Shown here piece by piece: positions 38,995 through 50,370 of a stretch of DNA of 64,000 nt. Both the position numbers and the translations under genes were made by a program. The number at the start of each line of letters is the position of its first letter. The first letter of the stretch is position 1. Origin of the DNA: Octopus sinensis (Eukaryota). The DNA lies in the NCBI RefSeq assembly GCF_006345805.1, contig NC_043004.1:54932001-54996000 (forward strand). Reading direction: 5' to 3'. The notes beneath the pieces were generated by a model. That model was not told where the DNA came from. It was given only the letters and a program-made list of their open reading frames with translations, and did no database searches.

Positions 38995-39419
38995 CATGCC
39001 ACAGTTGTTTGGAATTAGGGATTGTTGAAGTTAGGAGTTTGGGGATTTTATTGTCATGGCTTGCTGACAGACGAGTTGTTGGGGTTAGGAGGTTGAGGAT
39101 TTTGCTGTTAGGCTAGTTAATTTGCATTAGGGGTTGTTCAGTGTAGTTTGTGAAAGTCGTTGGAGTTGTTAGGGGTTGTTGGATTTTTGTCAGTTGCTGT
39201 TAGGGATTTTGACAGAATTGTTGAGGCAGTTGTTTTCTTTCTGTATTGTCACTGCAAAGCTTTTGTTTGTATTGCATTTAAATATGTGTTTTTGTAGTAA
39301 GAGTGTGTGGCTGTGTCAGGTGTAAGGGAAGAGTAGAGAAACAAGAGGAAGGAATATAGAGATTGTGGGGAGAGTAATGAGTGTGTATATGTGTGTATGT
39401 ATGCAAAAATGGGTCTATG

Positions 39420-39460
<41 letters not shown>

Positions 39461-39801
39461 TTAGAGATAAAACCACTATTAAGCAAATCAAACAGTGAAA
39501 AACATAAGCAATACATAAAATTAATTTTAAAATATAAAAGTTAAAAATAAAAAATTATTTAAATAATTTAAACTTATAAATTTTATATATATATACAAAT
39601 ATATATGTATGTATGTATATTTTTATATTTATATATTATTTTATTTATTAATTAATTAATTTTTTTTTTTTTAAATATCAAAAGTATTAAAAGTTTAATA
39701 AAAATATATATAAATGGATGAATGAATTATCCTTTGTTTACCATTAACATAGAAAATTCAATAAACAGTTACCTGTATTGTTGTTGAGATAGGCTCTCTT
39801 T

Positions 39802-39884
39802 CTTTCCTGATGAGAAGATTGCATTTTACACCGTTTATTCCTTTGGAATAAAACCAATGTTGTCTTCGAAACATATGTCAAAAG
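39802..39884 (+). ncRNA. Candidate type I hammerhead ribozyme, one stem I mismatch
   Basis: CTTTC-CTGATGA(39807-39813)-GAAGA..TCTTC-GAAA(39868-39871)-C ATAT G T C-AAAAG. Palindromic stem III ACATATGT; GUC cleavage triplet (after 39879). Confidence 0.75.
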
Positions 39885-39929
39885 TAAAAGAATTTTAATA
39901 ACATCTTTCAACTCCATTTATTTACTTAT

Positions 39930-40682
39930 CAAAATCGAAATCGAATTGAACCAGCCAGGATCCCTGGTCTGGTGGTACGTAAAAAGCACTATCCGACTTG
40001 TGGCCGATGCCAGCGCCGCCTCCACTGGCTTCCGTGCCGGTGGCACGTAAAATACACCAATCTGACCGTACGACAGGCACCCATGCCAACCCCCTTGCTT
40101 GCGAAGACATGTTGCGGCAATCAAAATCGAAATCGAATTGAACCAGCCAGGATCCCTGGTCTGGTGGTACATAAAAAGCACTATCCGACTCGTGGCCGAT
40201 GCCAGCGCCGCCTCCACTGGCTTCCGTGCCGGTGGCACGTAAAATACACCAATCTGACCGTACGACAGGCACCCATGCCAACCCCCTTGCTTGCGAAGAC
40301 ATGTTGGGGCAAGCGAAATCGAAATCGAATTGAACCAGCCAGGATCCCTGGTCTGGTGGTACATAAAAAGCACTATCCGACTCGTGGCCGATGCCAGCAC
40401 CGCCTCGTCTGGCTTCCGTGCCGGTGGCACATAAAATACACCAATCCGACCGTGGCCGTTGCCAGCCTCGCCTGGCACCTGTGCAGGTGGCACGTAAAAA
40501 GCACCCACTACACTCATGGAGTGGTTGGCGTTAGGAAGGGCATCCAGCTGTAGAAACACTGCCAGATAAGACTGGAGCCTGGTGCAGCCTTCTGGCTTCC
40601 CAGATCCCCGGTCGAACCGTCCAACCCATGCTAGCATGGAGAACGGACGTTAAACGATGATGATGATGATGATGATGATGAT
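39930..40682 (+). repeat. RTE 3'-UTR-derived insertion containing a 192-bp tandem repeat
   Basis: AATTGAACCAGCCAGGATCCC recurs at 39944, 40136 and 40328. Ends in the family (GAT)n tail. Confidence 0.9.
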
Positions 40683-41726
40683 ATATATATTATTAGTATT
40701 ATTATTAAACCTTTCTTTTGAGATATATGGGCTGTATCAGAGAATTGCTTGGAATGAGTCTGAGATGAATGATAATTGAAGAGGTAAACTCAGAAAAAAG
40801 TTTAGGTCAATCAGCAAATACCCAAACGGAAAACAGAAGTAAAATTTTTTAAATATTTAAAAAAAATACATATACATTAATACATATCAATACAAATCTA
40901 TATATATATAAGCATAACATATAAATATATAAATAAAAATATAAATTAAAAAAACGTAAAAATATGTGAGGTGTAAATATGGTGACTGCAAATGAAAGAG
41001 AACTCATTAACAGAAATAGAAATAGAGATTGGAAATAAAATTATAAACAACCTAAAAAAAGATACAACAGATATAAATTATATAAGATAGCAGTAGGAAG
41101 GTGTTTAGCAAATAACTACATGACTAGAACAAATCAAAAATTTACAATTAAGAATTAAGGATAAAGTCCCTTTATTTGAGGAAGTTCATTCAATGGCCAT
41201 TTCTGGAGTACATTTTCAGTAAGGTAAAAAGTTCAAAAGTTTAACTCATCCTTGTATGTAATGTCCCCCTTATCAAGAAGACATCCTCCATAACGAATTA
41301 CATCACAAAATCCTTTAATAGCATGTGCACATTGTACTTCCAAACATATATAGACCCCCACCCCATACACATGTACATTACACACCACATGCTAACATAA
41401 AACCCCCTACAACCTTATCCTTTACAGAAAGAAAACAGACCAACAAACACAGCTATATATGCCTACACCCCTGGAAAAAATTATGCATATGGTACCACTA
41501 CACATATCATACCCCAACACCACAGGAACACCACATTTAATAATGCACACTTTTCCCACAAACACATCAAGATAACTCTTACCAAGATAACATCATACCC
41601 AACCCAAGGAAATAACTCCTAACCTAATCACCTGGCCCTTTTTGTTTCACCACCTTTTTCACAGCAGCCGCTGACTAGCTATGTTAATCCACCATCAACA
41701 ATAGGGAGCAGTTGCCATATTCCTTT

Positions 41727-41832
41727 CCATATTGGCTAACTCTGATGAGTATAAGGTTATATAATTGGATTGTTGCCTTGCACTCCATTGTATTCCTTGT
41801 ACGAAACCACTTGGTAAGATCAGCCATGATGG
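41727..41832 (+). ncRNA. Candidate type I hammerhead ribozyme with complete catalytic core
   Basis: CTGATGA 41742-41748; stem II GTATAAGG/CCTTGTAC; GAAA 41803-41806; stem III ACCA-CT-TGGT; GUA cleavage triplet (after 41816); stem I CCAT.TGGCT..CT / AG..AGCCA.ATGG. Confidence 0.8.
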
Positions 41833-41943
41833 ATACATTATACTATATATTTTGGATAATATACCCACTCTATTGACAGATATACGAGTGCATCCTTTCC
41901 CTGATTTATGGTCTCTTAGACGACTTATGCACATATGTGTATA

Positions 41944-43217
41944 TCGGGTCAGCCTATAAATAATGCATTATTTTCAATTGCTTGAACTAAAAGTTGGAGA
42001 GGGATAGGATAACCACCTGCATTAACTTGCTATAAAAGCTGGTAGTTACTTTTCACTTTGGGCTTATTCTTAGTGCAAGATTTAAAGAGTGCAGTTCGAT
42101 TTTAACAGTTATTTTTTCAAAGCTATAATGGAAGTGACAAAGGAGCATATTTAGCATATTTTGCTTTATGAGTTCAATAAAGGCAACAACACAAAGGAAA
42201 GTGTGAGGAATATTAATGCAGTATATGGGGCTCTGACAATAAGCATAAACCAGTGTCAATGGTGGTTCCAGAAATTCTGAGCCGGAAACTACAGTCTCGA
42301 AAACAAGCCTCATCCTGGAAGTTCTATAGAGCTTTGCAAGGACATCCTGCATACCCTGGTGGAACAAAATCCCATTGTAACTGTTGAGGAGCTAGCAGAG
42401 AAGCTTCGATTTTGTCATTCAACCATTCATTGACATCTGCGTGCCATGGAAAAAGTCAGCAAATTGGGTCAATGATTTCCTCACAAACTTTCCAAGTCTA
42501 ATCATGTGCAGAGTATGAATGTGTACTCTTCTTTGCTCTCACATCACATGAATGAACCTTTTTTTGGATCGAGTCGTGACTGGTGACTAGAAATGGGTTC
42601 TCCATAAAGTGTCAAGCACCAAAGTCAGTGGATAGGGAAAGGAGAAACACTCCAGACTAAGGAAGGTCTGCATCCATGTAAGGTGTTGTCATCTGTTTGG
42701 TGGAATATGAAAGGTTTAATACACTTTGAATTTCTAAACCCAAACAAAACAATAACAAATGAGATCTACTGTGAGCAGCTTGAGCAGCTTAAATCGGTGC
42801 TAAAAGGAAAATGACCATCTTCAGTTTCAAGATGAAAGGTGTTCTTCAATGAGAATAATGCTTGACCACATACAGTAAAGATGACATTCTAAAGGCTGGA
42901 GTAGTTTGAATGGGAAACAATTCCCCATCACCATATTTGCTGGACATTGCCCCATCTGATTATTATTTATTCCTCAATTTTCAAAACCATTTGGATAGAA
43001 AATAATAAATTCTGTAGATGAGGTCAGAACAGTACTGGAAGAGTATTTTTCGTTATGGACAAGTGAATTTTGTAAGAGAGGCTTTGCAAGTCTACCAGAT
43101 AAAATGTAAGAGCATTGTAGAAAATTAAGGAGAGTATATTTTAGATTAAAAAAGAACTTTGTTTAGCTTAGCTTTGAAAAATAAAAGAAGTATAAAAAAC
43201 GCATTATTTATGGGACG

Positions 43218-43223
<6 letters not shown>
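41944..43223 (+). mobile_element. Decayed full-length mariner (Mos1/Hsmar1-like) element
   Basis: TIRs TCGGGTCAGCCTATAAATAATGCATT / AACGCATTATTTATGGGACGACCCTA with TA TSD. Remnants IMLYEFNKG..PHKL..FLDRVVTGD*KWV..LHP.KV..VWWNMKG..(HD)NA*PH, with many stops. Confidence 0.9.
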
Positions 43224-43269
<46 letters not shown>

Positions 43270-43279
43270 GATTGCCATT

Positions 43280-43440
43280 TCCTTGTGCATCTTTTTTTTG
43301 ACTTTCCATCCATGCCCTCTCAGATGACTATTCAGTCCCATAGTAGATCTGCATAGTTTGAAGCATAGGAGACAGACAAAAGTTGTAACTTTCTGTGCAC
43401 TCCCAATTGTTAAGCCTGCACACATTTCCACTTTTCCATC
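43280..43440 (-). mobile_element. RTE/BovB-like ORF C-terminal fragment with C2H2 finger
   Basis: FVCLLCFKLCRSTMGLNSHLRGH resembles the terminal CxxC..CxSxxGLxSHxxxH motif of BovB-type ORFs. Confidence 0.6.
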
Positions 43441-43994
43441 AGCCTAGGACTTCCAGTAGTTGAGATGACTAATGAGGTAACTATAAAGAGACATGTATGT
43501 ACAATGGATTATAGTGATAAATGCTTGTACAATACAAGTACTACTCTCTCAGGCTCTGTGATTAGTACCCAGTGACAGGCCATTGGAACGACCAGTTATC
43601 ATATGAAACCACAGGTTTTGCATTAGAGTGTTCTTTTAATAGAAGGATGCTGTCACAACAGCAAGGGGTCCCTCACTACCGGCAATTTTACTACATGCCC
43701 TGACACCAACCAAGGGTAATTCTGTGCCACATCCGCTCAGATGGATTGTCATCACATATGCTAGTTAACCCATGGCTGGGACCCTGACAGGTGCTGCTAC
43801 TCAGGGTCAGATTAGATATGAGAATGATAGTGGCTAAGAGGTGCTTCGGCACTCATCAAAACTCTGGATCTCCTGAAAACTAGGGTTCCACGTGTATGAC
43901 AGGCAGGTTTACGAAAATAACCAAAAGACGAAGGCAGGTGGAGTACAAACAAACAATGTATTAGTATGGCACTCAGGAATAGAAATAAAACAAG

Positions 43995-44032
43995 TCTTTT
44001 ACGTTTCGAGCCTACACTCTTCGACAGGAAGA
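43995..44032 (-). ncRNA. Decayed minimal hammerhead motif (Penelope-type)
   Basis: TCTTC-CTGTCGA-A-GAGT GTAG GCTC-GAAA-CGT A-AAAGA. A6>U and a C.A mismatch in stem I. Confidence 0.5.
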
Positions 44033-45557
44033 TACACCAGCATAGCCGCGGCCTTCGGGCTAAAACATTTTTAAGGATTTAAGGATTTACGGAGAGAAAC
44101 AAGGAGAGAAAAAAATTGCGTGTAGGGGCTAACGATCCAACATGGCGTTATGTTGTATGTTTGTATGGATGCATGTTTCTATGGGTGGAGAGGTGGAATC
44201 TGAATTTGTGTGAATGGGTGTATGGTGTGTTTTGGAGGTGGTGATGCTGGTGGTGGCAGTGGCAGTATGGGAAGTGGGAATGTGATGTTGGAACTTTAAG
44301 AGAGAACATCAGTGTGTGTGTGTGTGTGTGTGTGTAGGCGTAGCCGTATTTCGTCCGCCGTTACGTTCTGAGTTCAAATTCCGCCGAGGTCGACTTTGCC
44401 TTTCATCCTTTCGGGGTCGATAAATAAAGTACCAGTTACGCACTGGGGTCGATGTAATCGACTTAATCCCTTTGTCTGTCCTTGTTTGTCCCCTCTGTGT
44501 TTAGCCCTTTGTGGGCAGTAAAGAAATATATATAAGTAGTAGATGTTGTTGCTATTGTTGCTTAGCCCAAAGTCAGCTCTGGTTCCACCCATGACTATCC
44601 TGTCTTTTTGGAACTACAGTTGTTCAGTGTGTTCTTTTTTTAAGTAGAGTATAGTATTATTTGAAGATTGTGCTGGTATATCTCAGAATGTAAGACCCCG
44701 TAGAAGCTTCTTCTCTCATGTATGTTTGTGTGTATATTTGTGTGTTTGAGAAGTGTGCAGAAATATGCGTTTGTATGTTGTATTTATAATTACACATGCG
44801 AACATGTGTGTAGGTGTGTATATATTTCTCACTGTTAAATATGCATACACACAGAGGAATTCTTTCATTAGGAAATAACCCCACATTTTTGGTAGGGGAC
44901 AGAACTTATTTTACTAGCTCCTAAATAATGGAGAAATTATACGCAATCAGGAATTGAACTCGGAACATAAACGACTGCCATAAATAAACACACAGACTGA
45001 CCAAAGAATCTTTGGGGGTCAGTTGACCTACTAACAATAGCAGTGAAATCCACCACCACCCCCATTTCATATCTTGCTATCATGAAATTAAAACAGTCCA
45101 GAAAACACATTTAATCATAGATCTGCTGCATTAAGACTGACTTGGGGTTAAATAATTACAATAGTAGTTACAACAACAATCACAACATCAGCAAAAGGGA
45201 GAGGAGTTAATTAATGAAAGCCAAGATATAAGATGTTTAAATCTGATTAAATCTATATTGATTACTGGTCTGTCTTGATTATTTATTTATTTGTTTGTTT
45301 CTTATCATAATCAGTGTAAAATAGTTGATTACAGGTCTCCAGTGAACCAATCACTGGTTTTGCTTAATTTACAATGGCAAGATTGGCAAGGGATTGTCAG
45401 TGCAGGTCAGGTCAAACAAATATCACAAAGGACTTTGTTTGAGAGCATGGAAGGTTTGTTGGTTATCTCAATAATGTTTACATCTTTCACCAAATGACAC
45501 ATATACACAGAAACACTCACATACACACACACACACACCTATATACATACACACATG

Positions 45558-45589
<32 letters not shown>

Positions 45590-45598
<9 letters not shown>

Positions 45599-46228
45599 GT
45601 TGTCAGTGCCCCCTGACTGGCTCCTGTGCCAGTAGCACGTAAAAAGCACCATCTGACTGGCTCCATGTTGGTGGCATGTAAAGAGCACCCAGTAGACTCT
45701 CAGAGTGGTTGGCATTAAGAAGGGCAACCAGCTGTAGAAACATTGTCAGATCAGATTGGAGCCTGGTGCAGCCCACTGGCTTGCCAAACCTCAGTCACAC
45801 CGTCCAACCCATGCCAGCATGGAAAGCGGACGTTAAACAATGATGATGATGATGATATATGTGTGTGTGTACACACACATACGCACACACACACATACAC
45901 ACACACACACAACACACACACACACACACACACATATATGTTGTCAGTGCCCCCTGACTGGCTCCTGTGCCAGTAGCACGTAAAAAGCACCATCTGACTG
46001 GCTCCATGTTGGTGGCATGTAAAGAGCACCCAGTAGACTCTCAGAGTGGTTGGCATTAAGAAGGGCAACCAGCTGTAGAAACATTGTCAGATCAGATTGG
46101 AGCCTGGTGCAGCCCACTGGCTTGCCAAACCTCAGTCACACCGTCCAACCCATGCCAGCATGGAAAGCGGACGTTAAACAATGATGATGATGATGATATA
46201 TGTGTGTGTGTACACACACATACGCACA

Positions 46229-46260
<32 letters not shown>
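45590..46260 (+). repeat. 341-bp tandem duplication of an RTE tail plus microsatellite
   Basis: TGTCAGTGCCCCCTGACTGG at 45601 and 45942. The non-microsatellite parts look identical. Confidence 0.88.
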
Positions 46261-46269
<9 letters not shown>

Positions 46270-47842
46270 CAGACTTCTTTCAGTTTCCGTCTACCAAATC
46301 CACTCACAAGTCTTTGGTCAGCCTGAGGCTATAGAAGACATTTGCCGAAAGTGCCATTCAGTGGGACTGAACCCATAACCATATGGTTGAGAAGCAAACT
46401 TCTTACCACACAGCCCCTCCTGCACATTTCTTCTATCTTTTCGCTTGTTCCAGTCATCAGACTGCAACCATGCTGCAGTACCATCTTGAAGGGCTCAGTC
46501 AAACTAATCAACCCTAGCACTTATTTTTCAAAGCCTGGTACTTTACTCTATTGGTCTGTTTTGCTGAACTGCTAAGTTACAGGAATATAAACAAATCAGC
46601 ACTGGTTGTCAAGCAGTGGTGCAAGACAAACTCAATACAAGCACAAGGACAGACTCATAGATACACACACACACACACGCATGACAGGCTTCTTTCAGTT
46701 ACTTTCTGTGAGATCCACTAAAACGTCTTTGGTTGGCCTAGGGCTATAATAGAAGACACTTGCCCTTACTCAAAGTGGCATGCAATAGAAATGAACCTAA
46801 GATCACAGAGCTGGGAAGCAAGCTTCTTAACTACACAACCATCATCATCATCATCATTTAACATCCGCTTTCCATGGTAGCATGTGTTGGACGATTTGAC
46901 TGAGGTCTGGCGAACCAGACTCCAATCTGATCTGGCAGAGTTTCTACAGCTGGATGCCCTTCCTAACTCCAACCACTCCGAGAGTGTAGTGGGTGCTTTT
47001 ACGTGCTACTGGCACGAGGGCCAGTTTGGTGGTACTGGCAACGGCCATGTCCAAATGGTGCTTTTTACGTGCCACCTGCACAGGAGCCAGTCCAGCGGCA
47101 CTGGCAACATCCTCACTCAAATGTTTCCCGTGCCACCAGTACAAGTGCTAGTAAGGCGACGTGGTACAACCATGTTTGCACCTATATCGTATGTGTGTGT
47201 GTGTGTGTGTGTGAGGCTATGTGATAAGAAGTTTGCTTCACAACCAAACGGTTCCAGATTCAGGCCTTGGGAGTGAATTTGGTAATTGGAAACTGAAAGA
47301 AGCCTGTCATGTGTGTGTCTGTGTGTGAGTGCGTCTTTGTTTCTCACCAACATTTGACAACTGGTGGTGGTATGTTTATGTCCCCATAACTTACCAGTTC
47401 AGCAAAAGAAACTGATAGAACAAGTACCAGACTTCAAAAAAGTACTGGGGTTGATTTGTTCAACTAAAGATTCTTCTAGGCAGTGCCCCAGCATGGCCGC
47501 AGCCTGGATCAATTAAAATAAGAAAGAGACAAAAGAAAAGATACAAATACTTATACAAATGTATATGTTAATCATAAGGACACATTAAAGTATCTATCTG
47601 CATGAAATGAGAGTTAAAATCCTCATTTGGACCACCAAAAAGTTAACACTTGGTGGCTCAAATGAGAATTTTACCTCACATTTCCAGTGGGTAGACATTT
47701 TAATGTGTCCTTATGATTAATATAATTTAATTCTATATATGATGCTGTTGTAGGCCTATTTGTATGACCATCAATTATAATAACAATATTAATATCTATA
47801 TGAATATTCGCTTCTGAATATTTTGCTACAAATGTGTGTGTG

Positions 47843-47894
<52 letters not shown>

Positions 47895-47983
47895 ATCCAA
47901 ACATGAAAGCACAAAGAGAAAACACAATAACGCGAGGACGTGGAACAAGTATAGTATTATTGGACACTCAGGAAAGAAGGAGG

Positions 47984-48018
47984 GTTTAATGTTTCGAGCG
48001 GAGCTCTTTGTCAGAAAC
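47984..48018 (-). ncRNA. Decayed minimal hammerhead motif (Penelope-type)
   Basis: GTTT-CTGACAA-A-GAGC TCC GCTC-GAAA-CAT T-AAAC. The two core deviations are both CpG>CpA changes. Confidence 0.55.
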
Positions 48019-48089
48019 ATAGGAAAAGGAAAGATCCAAAGAAGGGAAGACGGAGGAAAAAAAATCGCCAACGGTACACACGTGGTCAC

Positions 48090-48124
<35 letters not shown>

Positions 48125-49134
48125 TGCATGGTTCAGTGGTTAGAGTGTCGAGCTTACGATCGTGAGGTTGTGATTTCAAATCCCGGACCGGGCTGTGTGT
48201 TGTGTTCTTGAGCAAGACACTTTCACATTGCTCCAGTTCACTCAGTTTTAGAAATGAGTTGCGACGTCACAGGTGCCAAGCTGTATCGCCCGGTTCCTTT
48301 CCTTTGGATGACATCAGTAGTGTGAAGAGGGGGGGGCGGTATGCATGGGCAACTGCTGGTCTTCCATAAGCAACCTTACCCAGACATGTGCCTGGGAGAG
48401 CAACTTTCTAGGTCTCAACATATATATATATATATAGATATATATCATACCATTGATGTCTACTAAATTTGATGCATAGGCTTTGGTGAACCCCAGGCTA
48501 TGGCAGTGTCTTCTATTATAGCCCTAGGCCAACCAAAGACGTTTTAGTGGATCTCACAGAGAGTACCTGTGTCCATAAATATTTTGTTGTTGTTCATGGT
48601 TGTGATGGTAATGTTATTGATGCTGGTTGTAACTACAACCATCTTGCATTTTGCATACATAGGACTACATTGTTCACTGTATCCTTCTTTCTTTTTAAGA
48701 CATTTGAGTGTGAATTGAAAGAAATTCCTTTTTTTTTTGTTACTATTTCTAGCAGATGGAGTGACCACATAGAGGCTATGATATTGATGGTGGCTGGAGT
48801 GTTGGTGAGGATTTTGAGTATTTGTTGTGGTGGTGGTGGTAGCAGTAGCAGTAGAGGCTGTGATGAAGGTGGTGAGGAAAGTAGAGATGTGGATTGTTGT
48901 TGTTGTGGTGGTGGTGGTGGTGGCGGCGGCGATGGTGCTTTGGTGGCGGCAGTGGTATTAACTTTTATACATTTTCACATGAATGAGCGGCTGTGTGGTA
49001 AGAAGTTTGCTTTCCAGCCACATGGATCCATGTACAGTTCCACTCCATGGAAGTGTCTTCTACTATAACCTCAGGTCAACCAAAGCCTTGTGAGAGGATT
49101 TGGTAGACAGAAACTGAAAGAAGACTGTTATATG

Positions 49135-49166
<32 letters not shown>

Positions 49167-49224
49167 CGTGTGTCTTTGTGTCTGTGTTTGTCCCCCCACC
49201 ACTGCTTAACAATTGTTTGTTCCT

Positions 49225-50370
49225 TTTGGTATCAGGCTCTAACATGGTAGTTCTTAGTTTCAATTGGTCCTCCAAATGCTCGTCTATGAAATTGCGTTCC
49301 CAGCAAATTCTTGATTTGCATCATGTACAAGAATGTGAATCCACAACAGTATGTTGAAGAAAAGTAGGAAATTAGTTGGCATGCATGTTCATGAAGACAA
49401 AGATATTCTACTGCATTTTTCCAAATTTCAATGGGATTTTCCCTCTTGTCAAACAAAGATTTCAGAATATATCTTCAGACATTTCAATTAGCTCCATTTG
49501 TAACTCTTCAGGAGCCTCTGATATATCAACTAAGTGAGGCTGAAAACCAAATTCCAGAGTGATGTTAGGTTTTTCAAAATCATTGAATCTTTTATTATAT
49601 TTTTCTATTAATGAGTCTAAAACTGACTAGTATTCTTCAAAAGATTCATTTTCACTCTTTACCTTCATAAGCCGAGGAAAGTGTTCTGAAAGTTTTGATT
49701 GAACCAAAAGGAACTTGAAAAACGACAATTTGTTTTCTAAATGGCCAAATTTTTTGCCACATATAAATACATTTATTTTTGCCTTGCAACAAAATGTTTA
49801 ACTCATTTTGTTTTGACATCACGTCACATAAAAATGCAACATCTCTGTAAAAATTTGGATCTGATAAATTGCAATATTTGTTGTTGTCTTTGAAAAAGTC
49901 AATTCTTTGCCTTCGTTAAGACAAAATTTTGACCATTACTTTCCCTTGCGACAACCAGCGTACTTTTGAGTGATGAGACAAATCCACATTAATTACTTTG
50001 TCATCCATCATCAGCATTGTTTCAAAATTGATGATGCTTCAGAGCATTTGCTCGAATATAGTTCACAATACTTATAGCCTTCTGCAATGTGTCACTTAAA
50101 ATGACAGATTTTGCACAGAGAATTTGCTGATATAAAATACAATGGAAACAAATCAGTACATTTGGCTCTTTGGTTACTCTTTCAAGATGTCCAATAAATC
50201 CTTCATTTTCAGCCATCATAGCTGGAGCATCATCTGTACACACTGCAAATTAGTAAAATTTAGTCCTTCTTTTTGACATTGCTCTTTTAAGGGTCCCTAA
50301 AGCAAATAATTCTTCATATAATTGAAGATCATCAGTTATAGCACAAATAAAATACAAAACAACCTTTTCC
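49225..50370 (-). pseudogene. hAT (Charlie/GTF2IRD2/SPIN-like) transposase relic
   Basis: CTDDAPAM..GFIGHL..FHCILYQQILCAK..IVNYIRANALKHHQF and dimerisation-domain remnant W..LHEHACQLISYFSSTYCCGFTFLYMMQIKN. Confidence 0.85.

Noticed and set aside
39918-40637. 239-aa and 193-aa ORFs as protein-coding genes
   Set aside because: They are translations of the tandem RTE-UTR repeat, open on both strands, with no splice or domain support.
39930-40682. Repeat/spacer-like arrays (192-bp and ~60-bp units) as a CRISPR array
   Set aside because: Units are whole tandem copies of an RTE 3' UTR with no unique spacers. No cas genes, and the context is eukaryotic.
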